DNA of 64,000 bases from an uncultured Gammaproteobacteria bacterium (lineage in GTDB: Bacteria > Patescibacteriota > Microgenomatia > Levybacterales > UBA12049): NCBI GenBank assembly GCA_964497535.1, contig CAZCCG010000002.1, forward strand, positions 104,227 through 168,226, in the 5' to 3' direction. Shown piece after piece: positions 47,865 to 57,684 of this stretch. Within the stretch, counting starts at the first letter, position 1, and each line of letters opens with the position of its first letter. Made by a program: the position numbers and the translations under genes. The notes beneath the pieces are model-generated. The model was given only the letters and a program-made list of their open reading frames with translations, made no database searches and was not told where the DNA came from.

Positions 47865-50800
47865 ATGGCAAAACAAGAAAGCACATTTTTAAAACATCTC
47901 AAACTTGACCCCAGACAGGAAAAATCTTTTATCGCTGCCTATCTTGGAAATTCCAGATTGGTTATTCTCTTATTGCTCTTAATTATATTGATAGGACTTA
48001 GCTCTTTCTTTGGACTCTCCAGAACTCTTAACCCCGAAATTAAAATTCCTATTGTAGTGGTAACCACTATACTTCCCGGAGCAAATCCACAGGATATTGA
48101 AAGCCTGGTAACGATTCCAATCGAAGATTCAGTACGAGGGGTACAAAAAATTAAGACTCTCACCTCAACTTCTCAAGATTCTGTCTCTTCCATTAGTATT
48201 GAATTTAATTCTGGTGTTGATCCTGATAAGGCAAAAGCAGATATCCAATCTGCTGTAGATTCAGTAACTACACTTCCACAAGATGCACAAACGCCCACTG
48301 TTATTAAATTGGATTTTGAAAATCAGCCGGTGTGGATATTTGATGTAACAACCTCCAAAGATGATGGATCGTTATTTCGATTCGCAAAAGACCTGCAGGC
48401 CAAATTGAAGGATCTGCCCGAAATTGACAAAGCGGATGTTTCAGGACTTGAAGATACCGAAGTTCAAATAACTATCAAACCTGAGGCCTTTACTACCTAT
48501 CAGATAAACCCTGTCCAAATTTCTCAGTTAGTTACCAGTGCTCTCAAAGCTTTTCCGGCAGGTTCTGTACGTGCCCAGAATAGCACGTTTGCTATGAGTA
48601 TTAATGCTCAAGCTGTAACTGTGGCAGATATCCGTAAATTGGAAATAAATCTCAACGGGCAACCGGTTGCTCTTTCTCAAATTGCATTCATTTCAGAGCA
48701 TCCCAAACCTGACCAATCACAGTCATATCTGATATACCCCAATCAAATACCCAAACGCTCAGTAACATTTAATGTTTATAAAGTTTCCAGCGTAAATATC
48801 GACACGGCAGCAAATGCGGCTACTACATTGGTAGAAGATCAAATCAAAGCAAGTGGAGGGGGGTTCCAAATCGCGACTGTTCAAAATACTTCGGAAGAAA
48901 TCGATCGACAATTTTTTGATTTGGCACGAGACTTTACTATAACAATTGTTCTTGTTGTTATTGTTTTATTCATATTCCTGGGCGGCAGACAAGCATTGGT
49001 ATCTGCATTGTCTGCACCACTGAGTTTTTTAATAGTGTTTTCTGTAATGAAAGCCACAGGAATTTCCCTCAATTTCTTATCATTGTTCTCTCTTATTTTG
49101 TCATTGGGACTGTTGGTTGATGATACTGTCGTTGTGATCTCAGCAATGACGTTCTACTACAAAACTGGCAGATTTACTCCGCTTCAAACAGGGCTTCTGG
49201 TCTGGAGAGATTTTTTGATTCCTGTATTTACTACCACCATCACAACGGTATGGGCATTTTTACCTCTGTTGCTGGCAACCGGTATTATTGGAGAGTTTAT
49301 TAAATCTATTCCGGTCGTTGTATCAACCGCGTTGGCAGCATCATTTTTTGTCAGTATCTTTATTACATTACCACTTATCATTATTTTATTTATTGGTAAT
49401 ATTCCTAAAAGAGTAGTAATTTTTCTCAAAATTATTGTTTTTTTAGGGATTGTAGGACTATTTTATATTCTCTTACCAAAAAATAATAACTTTGTCGTAT
49501 TACAAGTACTGGTTTTTATGATAGTTTTACTGATTGGGTACCATATCCGTACCAATCTGAATCAGGCCATCCATCTCTTTTTTCATCGAATAGTAATCTT
49601 TACTAAAAGACTACGAAAATCTTCCAAAAAAACTCCCGTTATTCCTACCACTGTATCTGGTTTTCAGTGGAGAAAAACAATTGACAGCGGAATTATTAGC
49701 TTTGACAGATTTAATATACGGTACCGCAAGATGATAGAAGGAATTATTAAAAATCCCACGAAACGAAGACAAACAGTAGCAATGGTTATTATCTTTTTTA
49801 TTTTCGCGTTTCTTCTGGTACCGCTTGGATTTGTTAAAAGTGAATTCTTTCCAAAATCTGATCAAGACATTATTTATCTCAACTTAGAACTTCCTGCCGG
49901 AACGTATATTAATGAAACACAAGTTGAATCGTTACAATTGTTGAAAACTGTCAAAAATACACCCGAATTAAAATTCGCGACCCTGGATGTGTCAAAAAGT
50001 TATACCTCAGGACAAGGAGCAGGATCAGGAGGAGGAAATACTGCACTTATTACTTTAACACTTTTGAAAAAAGACGAGCGCAAAATAAGTTCTTCAGATA
50101 TTGCAGATCAGTTGCGCAAACAATTCGCAAATTACCAGAAAGGAACATTAAGTGTTGTTGAACTTTCCGGAGGACCTCCGGTTGGAGCTGACCTTCAGAT
50201 AAAATTACTCGGAGATAACTTAAATACCCTAGATGCATATGCTAATAAAGTACAAACCTTTTTAAAACAACAAAAAGGGGTAACCAACATAGAAAAATCT
50301 ATCAAACCCGGTACCCCAAAAGTTACCTTTACCCCCAACCTTACGGTACTTTCTAAAAACAATATGGGAATTGATCAGGTAGGATTATATCTACGGATGT
50401 ATGCTTCTGGATTTGGGGTGGGAAAGATAAAATTTGACGGTGATACAAAAGATACTGATATAACACTGCGATTCTACCAGGGCTCTGCTTTTGCAAACTC
50501 GGTCAATTCAGTCCTAATTCCAAATACAAGTGGAGACAAGCTTCCTATCTCATCCTTAGGGACTTTTTCTCTCACACCAAACCCGACTTTAATAACGCGA
50601 GAGGAAGGGAAACGGACTCTTTCTATTTCAGCCTCGGTAACCAAAGGATTCAATGTTACGGATCTGAATAAAAAGCTGGAGTCGTATGCTGACACCGGAC
50701 TCAATCTACCAAGCGGTTATTCATGGAAGACTGGAGGAGCAAATGAAGAAAATCAAAATAGCATACAGTCAATTTTACAAGCTATGATACTATCATTTTT

Positions 50801-51281
50801 GTTAATCATTATAACAATGGTTGTCCAGTTTTCTTCATTCCGAAGAGCCCTGATTGTTATGCTTGTTATTCCTCTGTCAATTTCCGGAGTATTTATTATC
50901 TTTGCTCTCCTGGGTATACCACTCTCATTTCCGGCTCTCATAGGACTGTTGGCTCTTTTTGGAATAGTAGTCAAAAATTCTATATTGATTGTGGATCGAA
51001 TCGTACAAAACAGCAAAGAAGGATTGACACTTATTGACTCAATTGGAGAAGCATCGGCATCACGACTTGAACCAATTGCTCTTACTTCTTTTTGTACTAT
51101 CGTAGGTCTTATTCCTATTACCCTTACCGACCCCTTATGGAGAGGTTTGGGAGGAGCGATTATTGCAGGACTGACGTTCTCAGGAACAATTATGTTATTC
51201 TTTATTCCGGTAGTCTATTATCTGTTATTTCGAGGAGAGGAAAAAAACGAAAAACTCACTGTTACAAACCATCCCCGGTAA
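47865..51281 (+). CDS. AcrB/AcrD/AcrF family RND transporter
   Basis: PGA.P.DIE..VT.PIE, GLLVDD, GIVVKNSI, RL.PI.LT. Confidence 0.92.
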   Translation: MAKQESTFLKHLKLDPRQEKSFIAAYLGNSRLVILLLLLIILIGLSSFFGLSRTLNPEIKIPIVVVTTILPGANPQDIESLVTIPIEDSVRGVQKIKTLTSTSQDSVSSISIEFNSGVDPDKAKADIQSAVDSVTTLPQDAQTPTVIKLDFENQPVWIFDVTTSKDDGSLFRFAKDLQAKLKDLPEIDKADVSGLEDTEVQITIKPEAFTTYQINPVQISQLVTSALKAFPAGSVRAQNSTFAMSINAQAVTVADIRKLEINLNGQPVALSQIAFISEHPKPDQSQSYLIYPNQIPKRSVTFNVYKVSSVNIDTAANAATTLVEDQIKASGGGFQIATVQNTSEEIDRQFFDLARDFTITIVLVVIVLFIFLGGRQALVSALSAPLSFLIVFSVMKATGISLNFLSLFSLILSLGLLVDDTVVVISAMTFYYKTGRFTPLQTGLLVWRDFLIPVFTTTITTVWAFLPLLLATGIIGEFIKSIPVVVSTALAASFFVSIFITLPLIIILFIGNIPKRVVIFLKIIVFLGIVGLFYILLPKNNNFVVLQVLVFMIVLLIGYHIRTNLNQAIHLFFHRIVIFTKRLRKSSKKTPVIPTTVSGFQWRKTIDSGIISFDRFNIRYRKMIEGIIKNPTKRRQTVAMVIIFFIFAFLLVPLGFVKSEFFPKSDQDIIYLNLELPAGTYINETQVESLQLLKTVKNTPELKFATLDVSKSYTSGQGAGSGGGNTALITLTLLKKDERKISSSDIADQLRKQFANYQKGTLSVVELSGGPPVGADLQIKLLGDNLNTLDAYANKVQTFLKQQKGVTNIEKSIKPGTPKVTFTPNLTVLSKNNMGIDQVGLYLRMYASGFGVGKIKFDGDTKDTDITLRFYQGSAFANSVNSVLIPNTSGDKLPISSLGTFSLTPNPTLITREEGKRTLSISASVTKGFNVTDLNKKLESYADTGLNLPSGYSWKTGGANEENQNSIQSILQAMILSFLLIIITMVVQFSSFRRALIVMLVIPLSISGVFIIFALLGIPLSFPALIGLLALFGIVVKNSILIVDRIVQNSKEGLTLIDSIGEASASRLEPIALTSFCTIVGLIPITLTDPLWRGLGGAIIAGLTFSGTIMLFFIPVVYYLLFRGEEKNEKLTVTNHPR

Positions 51282-51293
51282 ATCGAAACTCAA

Positions 51294-51941
51294 TTATTTA
51301 CTGCTAAGCTTCTGGTCGATAACCTTTTTGAAGTCTGCTACCTGAGGTACTCCCTCCATCTTTTGTCCATTTACAAAAAATGTCGGCGTGGCATTTACTC
51401 CCAATGCATCTCCATCCTGTATATCCTGCTCAATCCGTTTGGCAGAAGCATTATTTTGCACCTCTGTTTTAAATTTCTCAATATCCAACCCGAGCTTTTG
51501 GGCATACTTTATATAGAGATCAAGGGGTTGAGGACTATCGCTCCACTCACTTTGGTTTTTATAGAGCACGTCATGCATTTCCCAGAATTTCCCCTGGTTC
51601 CCTGCCGCTTCGGCCGCTTCGGCAGCGCTATGGGAATTTTTATGCATTGTCAAAGGGAAATTTCGAAACACAAAGGTTATCTTCTTACCATACGTAGATT
51701 CTATTTGCTCAACAACCGGCTCTGCTACTCCACAAGCAGGACATTGATAATCTCCAAATTCTACAATAATAACTTTGGAAGAACCCTTTGTAGTATGGCT
51801 ACTCTTGCGAACCAGAAGTTTTGGATCAATTTTTTGGACTTGGTTGGGAGCTGCATTCCCACCCATCAGAAATACTGCTCCGCCCAAAAGAACCAGGCTA
51901 ACAATCCCAATTCCAATCATGATTTTTACATCTTGCTTCAT
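51294..51941 (-). CDS. DsbA/BdbD-like thiol-disulfide oxidoreductase
   Basis: EFGDYQCPAC, RNFPL, GV.ATPTFFVNG. Confidence 0.9.
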   Translation of the reverse strand: MKQDVKIMIGIGIVSLVLLGGAVFLMGGNAAPNQVQKIDPKLLVRKSSHTTKGSSKVIIVEFGDYQCPACGVAEPVVEQIESTYGKKITFVFRNFPLTMHKNSHSAAEAAEAAGNQGKFWEMHDVLYKNQSEWSDSPQPLDLYIKYAQKLGLDIEKFKTEVQNNASAKRIEQDIQDGDALGVNATPTFFVNGQKMEGVPQVADFKKVIDQKLSSK

Positions 51942-52360
51942 TTTTTCCTGTTAATTCTGTGTAATTGTACCATACACAATGTAATAAGGGTAAATGCTAC
52001 AAAAGAAAGCATAGGAACTGTCAAAAAGCCAAAAATCTGAAGCTGTACGGTTGCACAAGATATAACTTCTGAACCGCAAGGAATAGTAATAGGCAACAGA
52101 TTAGCTTGAAGGAGAATCTGATAGAACGCAACAATCATTCCTAAAATACTCAATGGTACAACAAAAAAAGGGATATTTTTGTCTTCTTTTAAAATTCCAG
52201 CAGGGATTAACCAGACCAAGGGATACATTACTATTCGTTGGAACCAGCAGAGTGAGCAGGGGGGATACTGCAATATTTCACTGATATACAAACTGGAGAG
52301 CAGTGATAAAAGGGCAATCACCCATGAAAAATAGAGAAGATATTTCCTTTGTGTTACCAT
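51938..52360 (-). CDS. DsbB/BdbC-like disulfide bond formation protein
   Basis: PPCSLCWFQR..MYP, second Cys pair, FGFLTVP. Confidence 0.9.
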   Translation of the reverse strand: MVTQRKYLLYFSWVIALLSLLSSLYISEILQYPPCSLCWFQRIVMYPLVWLIPAGILKEDKNIPFFVVPLSILGMIVAFYQILLQANLLPITIPCGSEVISCATVQLQIFGFLTVPMLSFVAFTLITLCMVQLHRINRKK

Positions 52361-52474
52361 TCTGAGATCATTTTCATTATATATCTTCGCTCTTACCTCA
52401 TGCAACTAATTTCCTATTTGACTCTTCAAAAATTCTTAGCTATGCTAGATAGAGAGCTCTAACCAGACAATTGC

Positions 52475-53371
52475 ATGAACAAACAGAGAGTTATTATTTT
52501 AGGCATTATTGGTACTCTGTTACTCGGAGGTATTTTATTTACAGTAATTGTAGCAAACCAACAACAAGAGATCCGATCCAATGCGCAAGCTGTCCCTACT
52601 CCTACTACTGCTGTCTGTCCCGCGCCTGACGCTGTACAGAATGTAATAATAGACTATCCAAATTGTACCGGACAAACAGTAGGAAGCACATGTGATTATG
52701 TGACTGCTTCCTGCAGCTGGTCCCCTGTTACTACGGCAAGCACCTATACCGTAAAGGTCACAGAAGTAGAAACAGGAACTGTCGTTAAAAATAACGAACA
52801 GCAAAATAGCAGTACTACCAAAATAACATTCCCCGTGAATCAAGGAAAAACATATAAGTGCGACGTTTTTGCCACAAACTCATGTGGAACCAACGGTGGG
52901 GTAGGTACCTTTAGCCTCCTGTGTAAAGCAGACGCCCTGTTAACTACTCCCACACCGGTTATCACAACTGCACCTACCACAGCACCTACCCCTACTCCAG
53001 TAACACTTGCCTGCGGCTTCACTCCCTGCAATGTAAATGCCAAATGCCAAACAGGTTTAGTCTGTATTATCACCAATAATAACCAAGGATACTGCGCATT
53101 CCCACAATACCAAACCGCATGTAAAAATAGTCCTTCTACTGCCAGTTGCTGCACTCCACCTGCGGCTCCGACGACACCTCCCAACTCACCTCCCAACTCA
53201 TCTCCAAGCGCAGTGGTACAACCAACCGCCTGGCCTACTCAAATAGCAGTAGTACCAACAGCAATACCCACACTGCCGGCTACAGGAGATACTTCACCGG
53301 TTATTTTGGTAGGAAGTATTGGGGCAGCCCTCACAATCATCGGTGGTATCCTTGCCTTCTTCGTCCTCTAA
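52475..53371 (+). CDS. Cys-rich surface protein with Fn3-like domain, PT linkers and LPATG sorting signal
   Basis: N-terminal TM + QQQEIRSNA, 15 Cys, LPATG followed by a TM; TTGACT-17-TATGCT promoter. Confidence 0.75.
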   Translation: MNKQRVIILGIIGTLLLGGILFTVIVANQQQEIRSNAQAVPTPTTAVCPAPDAVQNVIIDYPNCTGQTVGSTCDYVTASCSWSPVTTASTYTVKVTEVETGTVVKNNEQQNSSTTKITFPVNQGKTYKCDVFATNSCGTNGGVGTFSLLCKADALLTTPTPVITTAPTTAPTPTPVTLACGFTPCNVNAKCQTGLVCIITNNNQGYCAFPQYQTACKNSPSTASCCTPPAAPTTPPNSPPNSSPSAVVQPTAWPTQIAVVPTAIPTLPATGDTSPVILVGSIGAALTIIGGILAFFVL

Positions 53372-53555
53372 AAGAGTAAAGCTAAAAGCGAAAAGTGTAA
53401 AACAACGTATAACGTATAGTTATTAGGGTCTAGCGTTTAGTTTTACTGGAGACGGTAGCTCGCCTCGCTTCGCAGGCGAAGCGGGTCTGTAGACCGTAGA
53501 CCTGCTTCCTGATGTGTCTAGCTAATCTGTCTACAGCAAATGCGGTAGACAGTTT
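53372..53555. repeat. Intergenic pile-up of repeats, including REP half copy 6 (53506-53522)
   Basis: Heptamer tracts, CGCTTCGC.GGCGAAGCG palindrome, ttcctgatgtgtctagc identical to 16714-16730, CTGTCTAC...GTAGACAG hairpin. Confidence 0.7.
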
Positions 53556-53574
53556 CAACTCTGAATGATTATAC

Positions 53575-54315
53575 CTACTCCGTGGGGGTTATCCCATATA
53601 CAGTAAGCGGCGTACCTGGATTATTATCAGTAGCGTAGGTTGTAAAGCCTTCAGTCACTGGACCTGCCCAATCAAAGAGTTTTTTAGCATTTTCATTGCT
53701 GATATTAATACAGCCATGGCTCATCGGATGACCAAAATTATTATGCCAATATGCTCCATGTAATCCAAATCCCTGAGTTTTGGGTACTTCATTATTATAG
53801 AAATACATCGTATATTCTACATTTGGTAAATTGTAATAGGTTCCAATAGCCGGATTGCCACCCGCCATACGGGTACTACGAAGCTTTATCCATATCGTAA
53901 ATTCACCTGCTGGTGTCGGATACCACTTCCCTGAGGATATCGGGAAATCCATATCCAAAATTCCATCATCATAGGCATACAAATGTTGCGAGGAAAGATC
54001 AACGTAAATATGTTTTTTTGAATTATCCGTTTGTGCTCCTAAAACATTAGGCATAGTATCGGTTTGAGCAACAATTAAAGGCGCTGCTACTTTTTTCCCC
54101 ATAAATATTCCTTGGGTACTTGTTTGTGGTTTCCCACTGAGATCTTTTATACAGCTGATAGAATTTGCGCAGGAGGCAACTAACGCTTTCGGAGGAGTAC
54201 CATGAAGCACTGTCAAAACACCAATACTGAGTAGAGCAAGGATTCCAAATACCCACGCACGAGACAGTGAGGTACGCTTTGTTTTTCGCCGGATACTATG
54301 ATGTTTTTTGGGCAT
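53575..54315 (-). CDS. L,D-transpeptidase (YkuD family)
   Basis: IYVDLSSQ.LYAY, ISSG...PTP.G, LHGAYWH..FG.PMSHGCIN. Confidence 0.92.
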   Translation of the reverse strand: MPKKHHSIRRKTKRTSLSRAWVFGILALLSIGVLTVLHGTPPKALVASCANSISCIKDLSGKPQTSTQGIFMGKKVAAPLIVAQTDTMPNVLGAQTDNSKKHIYVDLSSQHLYAYDDGILDMDFPISSGKWYPTPAGEFTIWIKLRSTRMAGGNPAIGTYYNLPNVEYTMYFYNNEVPKTQGFGLHGAYWHNNFGHPMSHGCINISNENAKKLFDWAGPVTEGFTTYATDNNPGTPLTVYGITPTE

Positions 54316-54429
54316 GTAGTATTACAGTAGAGCAAAATTCACCTTGTGTAAAGAGGCAATGTGAGGCTAAAATAAGCATCCCTGGTCTTGACAATAGCCC
54401 TATAGTATGTTATACTTCGTCTTCTGCCT

Positions 54430-55086
54430 ATGATACTAATACCACTTTTTTCAGCTATAACTTTGGTCTTGACAGGACTCATGTTTGGGCCTATAAACCC
54501 CATGCAACACCCTCAAAGTAGGGTTCTTTCAACACATCAAATGTCACTTACCGACCGGTATCAGGTACCAAGTGTGAATGATGTGTTTAAAGATAATATC
54601 CTTCTTAATATCGCCTATATGAACGGGAGAGTAGCCTCCCCCAGAGACATAAATTGGAATAGCCTGAATAAACCCTTCCAAACTCATTTTATACTGCAAC
54701 CCGGTGAGATGTTTGCTTTCCATGATGATGTACTTCCTCAGTTTGAAGGCAAAGTAACCAAAACAACCAAAGCTCATTTTAATGCCCAGGAAGGATTCAA
54801 ATCCGATGGATATTTATTTGGAGACGGGGTATGTCATTTGGCATCATTAATTGGTTGGGCAGCACGTGACGCACAACTGGATGTTGTAGCACCAACAAAT
54901 CATGATTTTATGACAATTCCGGAAATTCCTTCCAAATATGGCGTCTCTATTTACGCAGCTTCGGGAGAATCATCAGTGAGTGAACAACAAAATCTCTATA
55001 TCAAAAATAATTTTAAAAAACCGATCGCATTTGTATTTGACTATAAAAACGAGCAATTAAAAGTTTCGGTCCTCCGACTGGACTAA
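54430..55086 (+). CDS. VanW-like protein
   Basis: L.PGE.F.F, GDGVCHLAS, H, L.I.N; TTGACA-17-TATACT promoter. Confidence 0.7.
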   Translation: MILIPLFSAITLVLTGLMFGPINPMQHPQSRVLSTHQMSLTDRYQVPSVNDVFKDNILLNIAYMNGRVASPRDINWNSLNKPFQTHFILQPGEMFAFHDDVLPQFEGKVTKTTKAHFNAQEGFKSDGYLFGDGVCHLASLIGWAARDAQLDVVAPTNHDFMTIPEIPSKYGVSIYAASGESSVSEQQNLYIKNNFKKPIAFVFDYKNEQLKVSVLRLD

Positions 55087-55129
55087 TCTCTTCTTGCATT
55101 TTTGTCCATTACTGTTTAGTATAATAACT

Positions 55130-55891
55130 ATGGATAGAAAAATTGTTGTAGCAGTAATTCTATTAATAGTTCTGGGGATCGTAGTTACAAAATCCTCAAT
55201 GAGATCCTCACTATTTTCTTCACCTTCTGCGTCTACTGTAACGGCACAAGATATATCGATAGTTTCAAATTCTATAAAACAAAATGCCAATAACATTACT
55301 ATATCCATGGTATATCCGCAGATTTTATCTGATTCAAATAACTCGGCTCAAAATGCAATAAATACGGATATTCAAAAGTTTGTGAATAGCAACATTACCT
55401 TTATGCAAACTCAAATTAATGATTATAATACCGGTAGCCCATCCAAAAATCCTGCTTCTCAAATAAATGGTGTCTATACAACCGGCCAACAGGGAAAAAC
55501 AGTTGTTTCTGTTCATTTCACCTTTTTCTATAACACCCAATTTCTCGCCCATCCGATTACCTATAACAAAACACTAGTTTATAATCTTAATTCAGGCAAG
55601 AGGATAACAACCGGTGGGTTATTCAAATCAAATTCTAATTATGTACAGGTACTTTCAAACTATGTCCAAAAAGATCTTGCGAAAAAATTCGAGCAAAACC
55701 CCAACTCTTCAGCATTTATTACTGAAGGACTTTCAAATCCAAAAAATCTCCAAAACATTATAGTCAGCGATAATAGCGTTATTATTTTCTTTGACCCTGC
55801 TACTATTGCACCCGATTATGTAGGTACTGTTGAGGTAGCTATTCCTTTTTCTTCAATCCAAAGCATTCTAAATCCCCAACTCCTTCAATAG
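55130..55891 (+). CDS. RsiV/PdaC-like (DUF3298/DUF4163) secreted protein
   Basis: YPQI, AHP, YNL..G, F.P..IAP...G...V.IP. Confidence 0.75.
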   Translation: MDRKIVVAVILLIVLGIVVTKSSMRSSLFSSPSASTVTAQDISIVSNSIKQNANNITISMVYPQILSDSNNSAQNAINTDIQKFVNSNITFMQTQINDYNTGSPSKNPASQINGVYTTGQQGKTVVSVHFTFFYNTQFLAHPITYNKTLVYNLNSGKRITTGGLFKSNSNYVQVLSNYVQKDLAKKFEQNPNSSAFITEGLSNPKNLQNIIVSDNSVIIFFDPATIAPDYVGTVEVAIPFSSIQSILNPQLLQ

Positions 55892-55952
55892 TTTTTAAAT
55901 TTCGAATTCATGGCCCAACAGCAATATTTCGAAGAGTTTGGTACAATACCGT

Positions 55953-57014
55953 ATGCCTTCCCTTGCTGAGCAAAAATCATCTTATAATTTTGCTGTTGAC
56001 GTACTTCGTATTGTTGCTATCACGGCAGTTGTAGGAATCCATACTACTACAAAGGTACTAGAAGCAACCCATTATAATATTGCAGCTGAATTCATAACAT
56101 TATTTTTCAATCAATCTCTTCGTTTTGCTGTACCTCTTTTTTTCTTAATTTCCGGATTTGTTCTGGAATTGAATTATCGGGAACTGTTTCATTATTCTAC
56201 CTATTTCAAACGTAGAGCAGCGCGTCTTATTATCCCTTATTTATTCTGGAGCCTTTTCTATTGGGTGGGAATCTTCCACTATCCTCTTTTTTCTATCAAC
56301 TTTTTATTTGCTCTATTGGTAGGCAGTGCTTCCTATCAACTTTATTTTATTCCAACTCTTATCATTTTTTATGCTCTTTTTCCTCTCTTTCATCGCTATT
56401 ACTCATTCATAAAAAATAAACTATTTCTTGTGGTAATTATCATCAGTGAGATATTCCTACTCGGATATGATTATTATATCCATCGCTTTTCTCTGGCTGA
56501 TCCGTTACGGGTATCACTGCTTAATTTAGGAATCTTTATTTTGGGAATGATCGCAAGCCACCATGAAACTTCTATTTTGAGCTTCTTTAAAAAATACAGT
56601 CTCGCCTTAAAATGGTCTCTTCTTTTATTGCCGTTGTTTCTTACTATTCAATCCGGTTATTTATATCTGACTACGCATCGCTTAGATGCTATCTACTCAC
56701 AATATCATCCATTTGTCTATTGTTACACTCTTTTATTAAGTGTTGTTCTATTCTCTATTTTCACTCGCTGGGAGCCCCTGCGGAAAAAAGTTCTGTTACT
56801 TTCCAAGCTTTCTTTTTTTGTTTTTTTTGTACATATAGCATTCTTATATCTTTTTTGGAATACCCTGGGGAGAAATCTCTTGCAATCATTGCCTGAGAAT
56901 ATACTTTTTGATATTCTCTACAATCTATTCTTTTTTGTAACAGTTGCCATTCTCTCATTTTTGGCTGCATGGATTATCCATACCCTTCCGTGGGTTAAAA
57001 GAATTACCGGCTAA
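55953..57014 (+). CDS. Acyltransferase-3 (OafA-like) membrane O-acyltransferase
   Basis: D.LR..A...VV..H, FAVPLFFLISG, KRR..RL.IPY, QLYFI, SF..F..H. Confidence 0.88.
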   Translation: MPSLAEQKSSYNFAVDVLRIVAITAVVGIHTTTKVLEATHYNIAAEFITLFFNQSLRFAVPLFFLISGFVLELNYRELFHYSTYFKRRAARLIIPYLFWSLFYWVGIFHYPLFSINFLFALLVGSASYQLYFIPTLIIFYALFPLFHRYYSFIKNKLFLVVIIISEIFLLGYDYYIHRFSLADPLRVSLLNLGIFILGMIASHHETSILSFFKKYSLALKWSLLLLPLFLTIQSGYLYLTTHRLDAIYSQYHPFVYCYTLLLSVVLFSIFTRWEPLRKKVLLLSKLSFFVFFVHIAFLYLFWNTLGRNLLQSLPENILFDILYNLFFFVTVAILSFLAAWIIHTLPWVKRITG

Positions 57015-57621
57015 GATACTGTTGAAATATATTCCTATCTTCGTATTTTTGTTGGGTATAAACTACTAGACGCTGAGAATAATTTTTTTTCAATCGGTCA
57101 AATGTACCTTTGCATGTAATTAAATTTAACCGTGGGTTAGAACTTGTGCCAAAAACTTTGTTGACCGGAAATTGATCATATTGGTATGTTTCTTTTGCCG
57201 TAACGATAAAATATAGTTGTTTGTTATCACCCTGTATGATGATACTATCCCCTTTTTCAAGTTGTGAAAGGTTATAAAAAACAGCAGGTCCCGTGAGAGA
57301 ATCTACATGCCCATCAATAACGGCATTCCCCACCTCTCCCGGCTTATATCCCAACTTATACCATCCCACATTATTCGTATCTTTGGGTACATCCATTCTC
57401 TTTACAGAATCCAACCCCACTGCTTCTATTTTTGCTGTAATACCAAGACGAGGGATGGAGAGTATCTGCGGATGCTGAATAACATGGGGAGCAAATACTA
57501 TTGAGGATGCCATTCCCATCCTGCCAGGATTGTTTCGAAGATATACAAGAGTAGTGCCTCCTCCCCACCCAATTATTATCCCAACCAAAAGGGAGAAGAA
57601 TATAATCATTACTTTTTTCAT
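57004..57621 (-). CDS. Class F sortase
   Basis: VGWY..G..PG..GNAVI.GHVD, LNLITC, R.VVY. Confidence 0.9.
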   Translation of the reverse strand: MKKVMIIFFSLLVGIIIGWGGGTTLVYLRNNPGRMGMASSIVFAPHVIQHPQILSIPRLGITAKIEAVGLDSVKRMDVPKDTNNVGWYKLGYKPGEVGNAVIDGHVDSLTGPAVFYNLSQLEKGDSIIIQGDNKQLYFIVTAKETYQYDQFPVNKVFGTSSNPRLNLITCKGTFDRLKKNYSQRLVVYTQQKYEDRNIFQQYLSR

Positions 57622-57684
57622 ATTTTATATGCCAATAGGTACTGTTGAGTATCAGTACCTATCAAGCATTTGTTGGACAGATTT

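Noticed and set aside
51363-52040. 225-aa + strand ORF
   Set aside because: Antisense shadow of the DsbA-like gene
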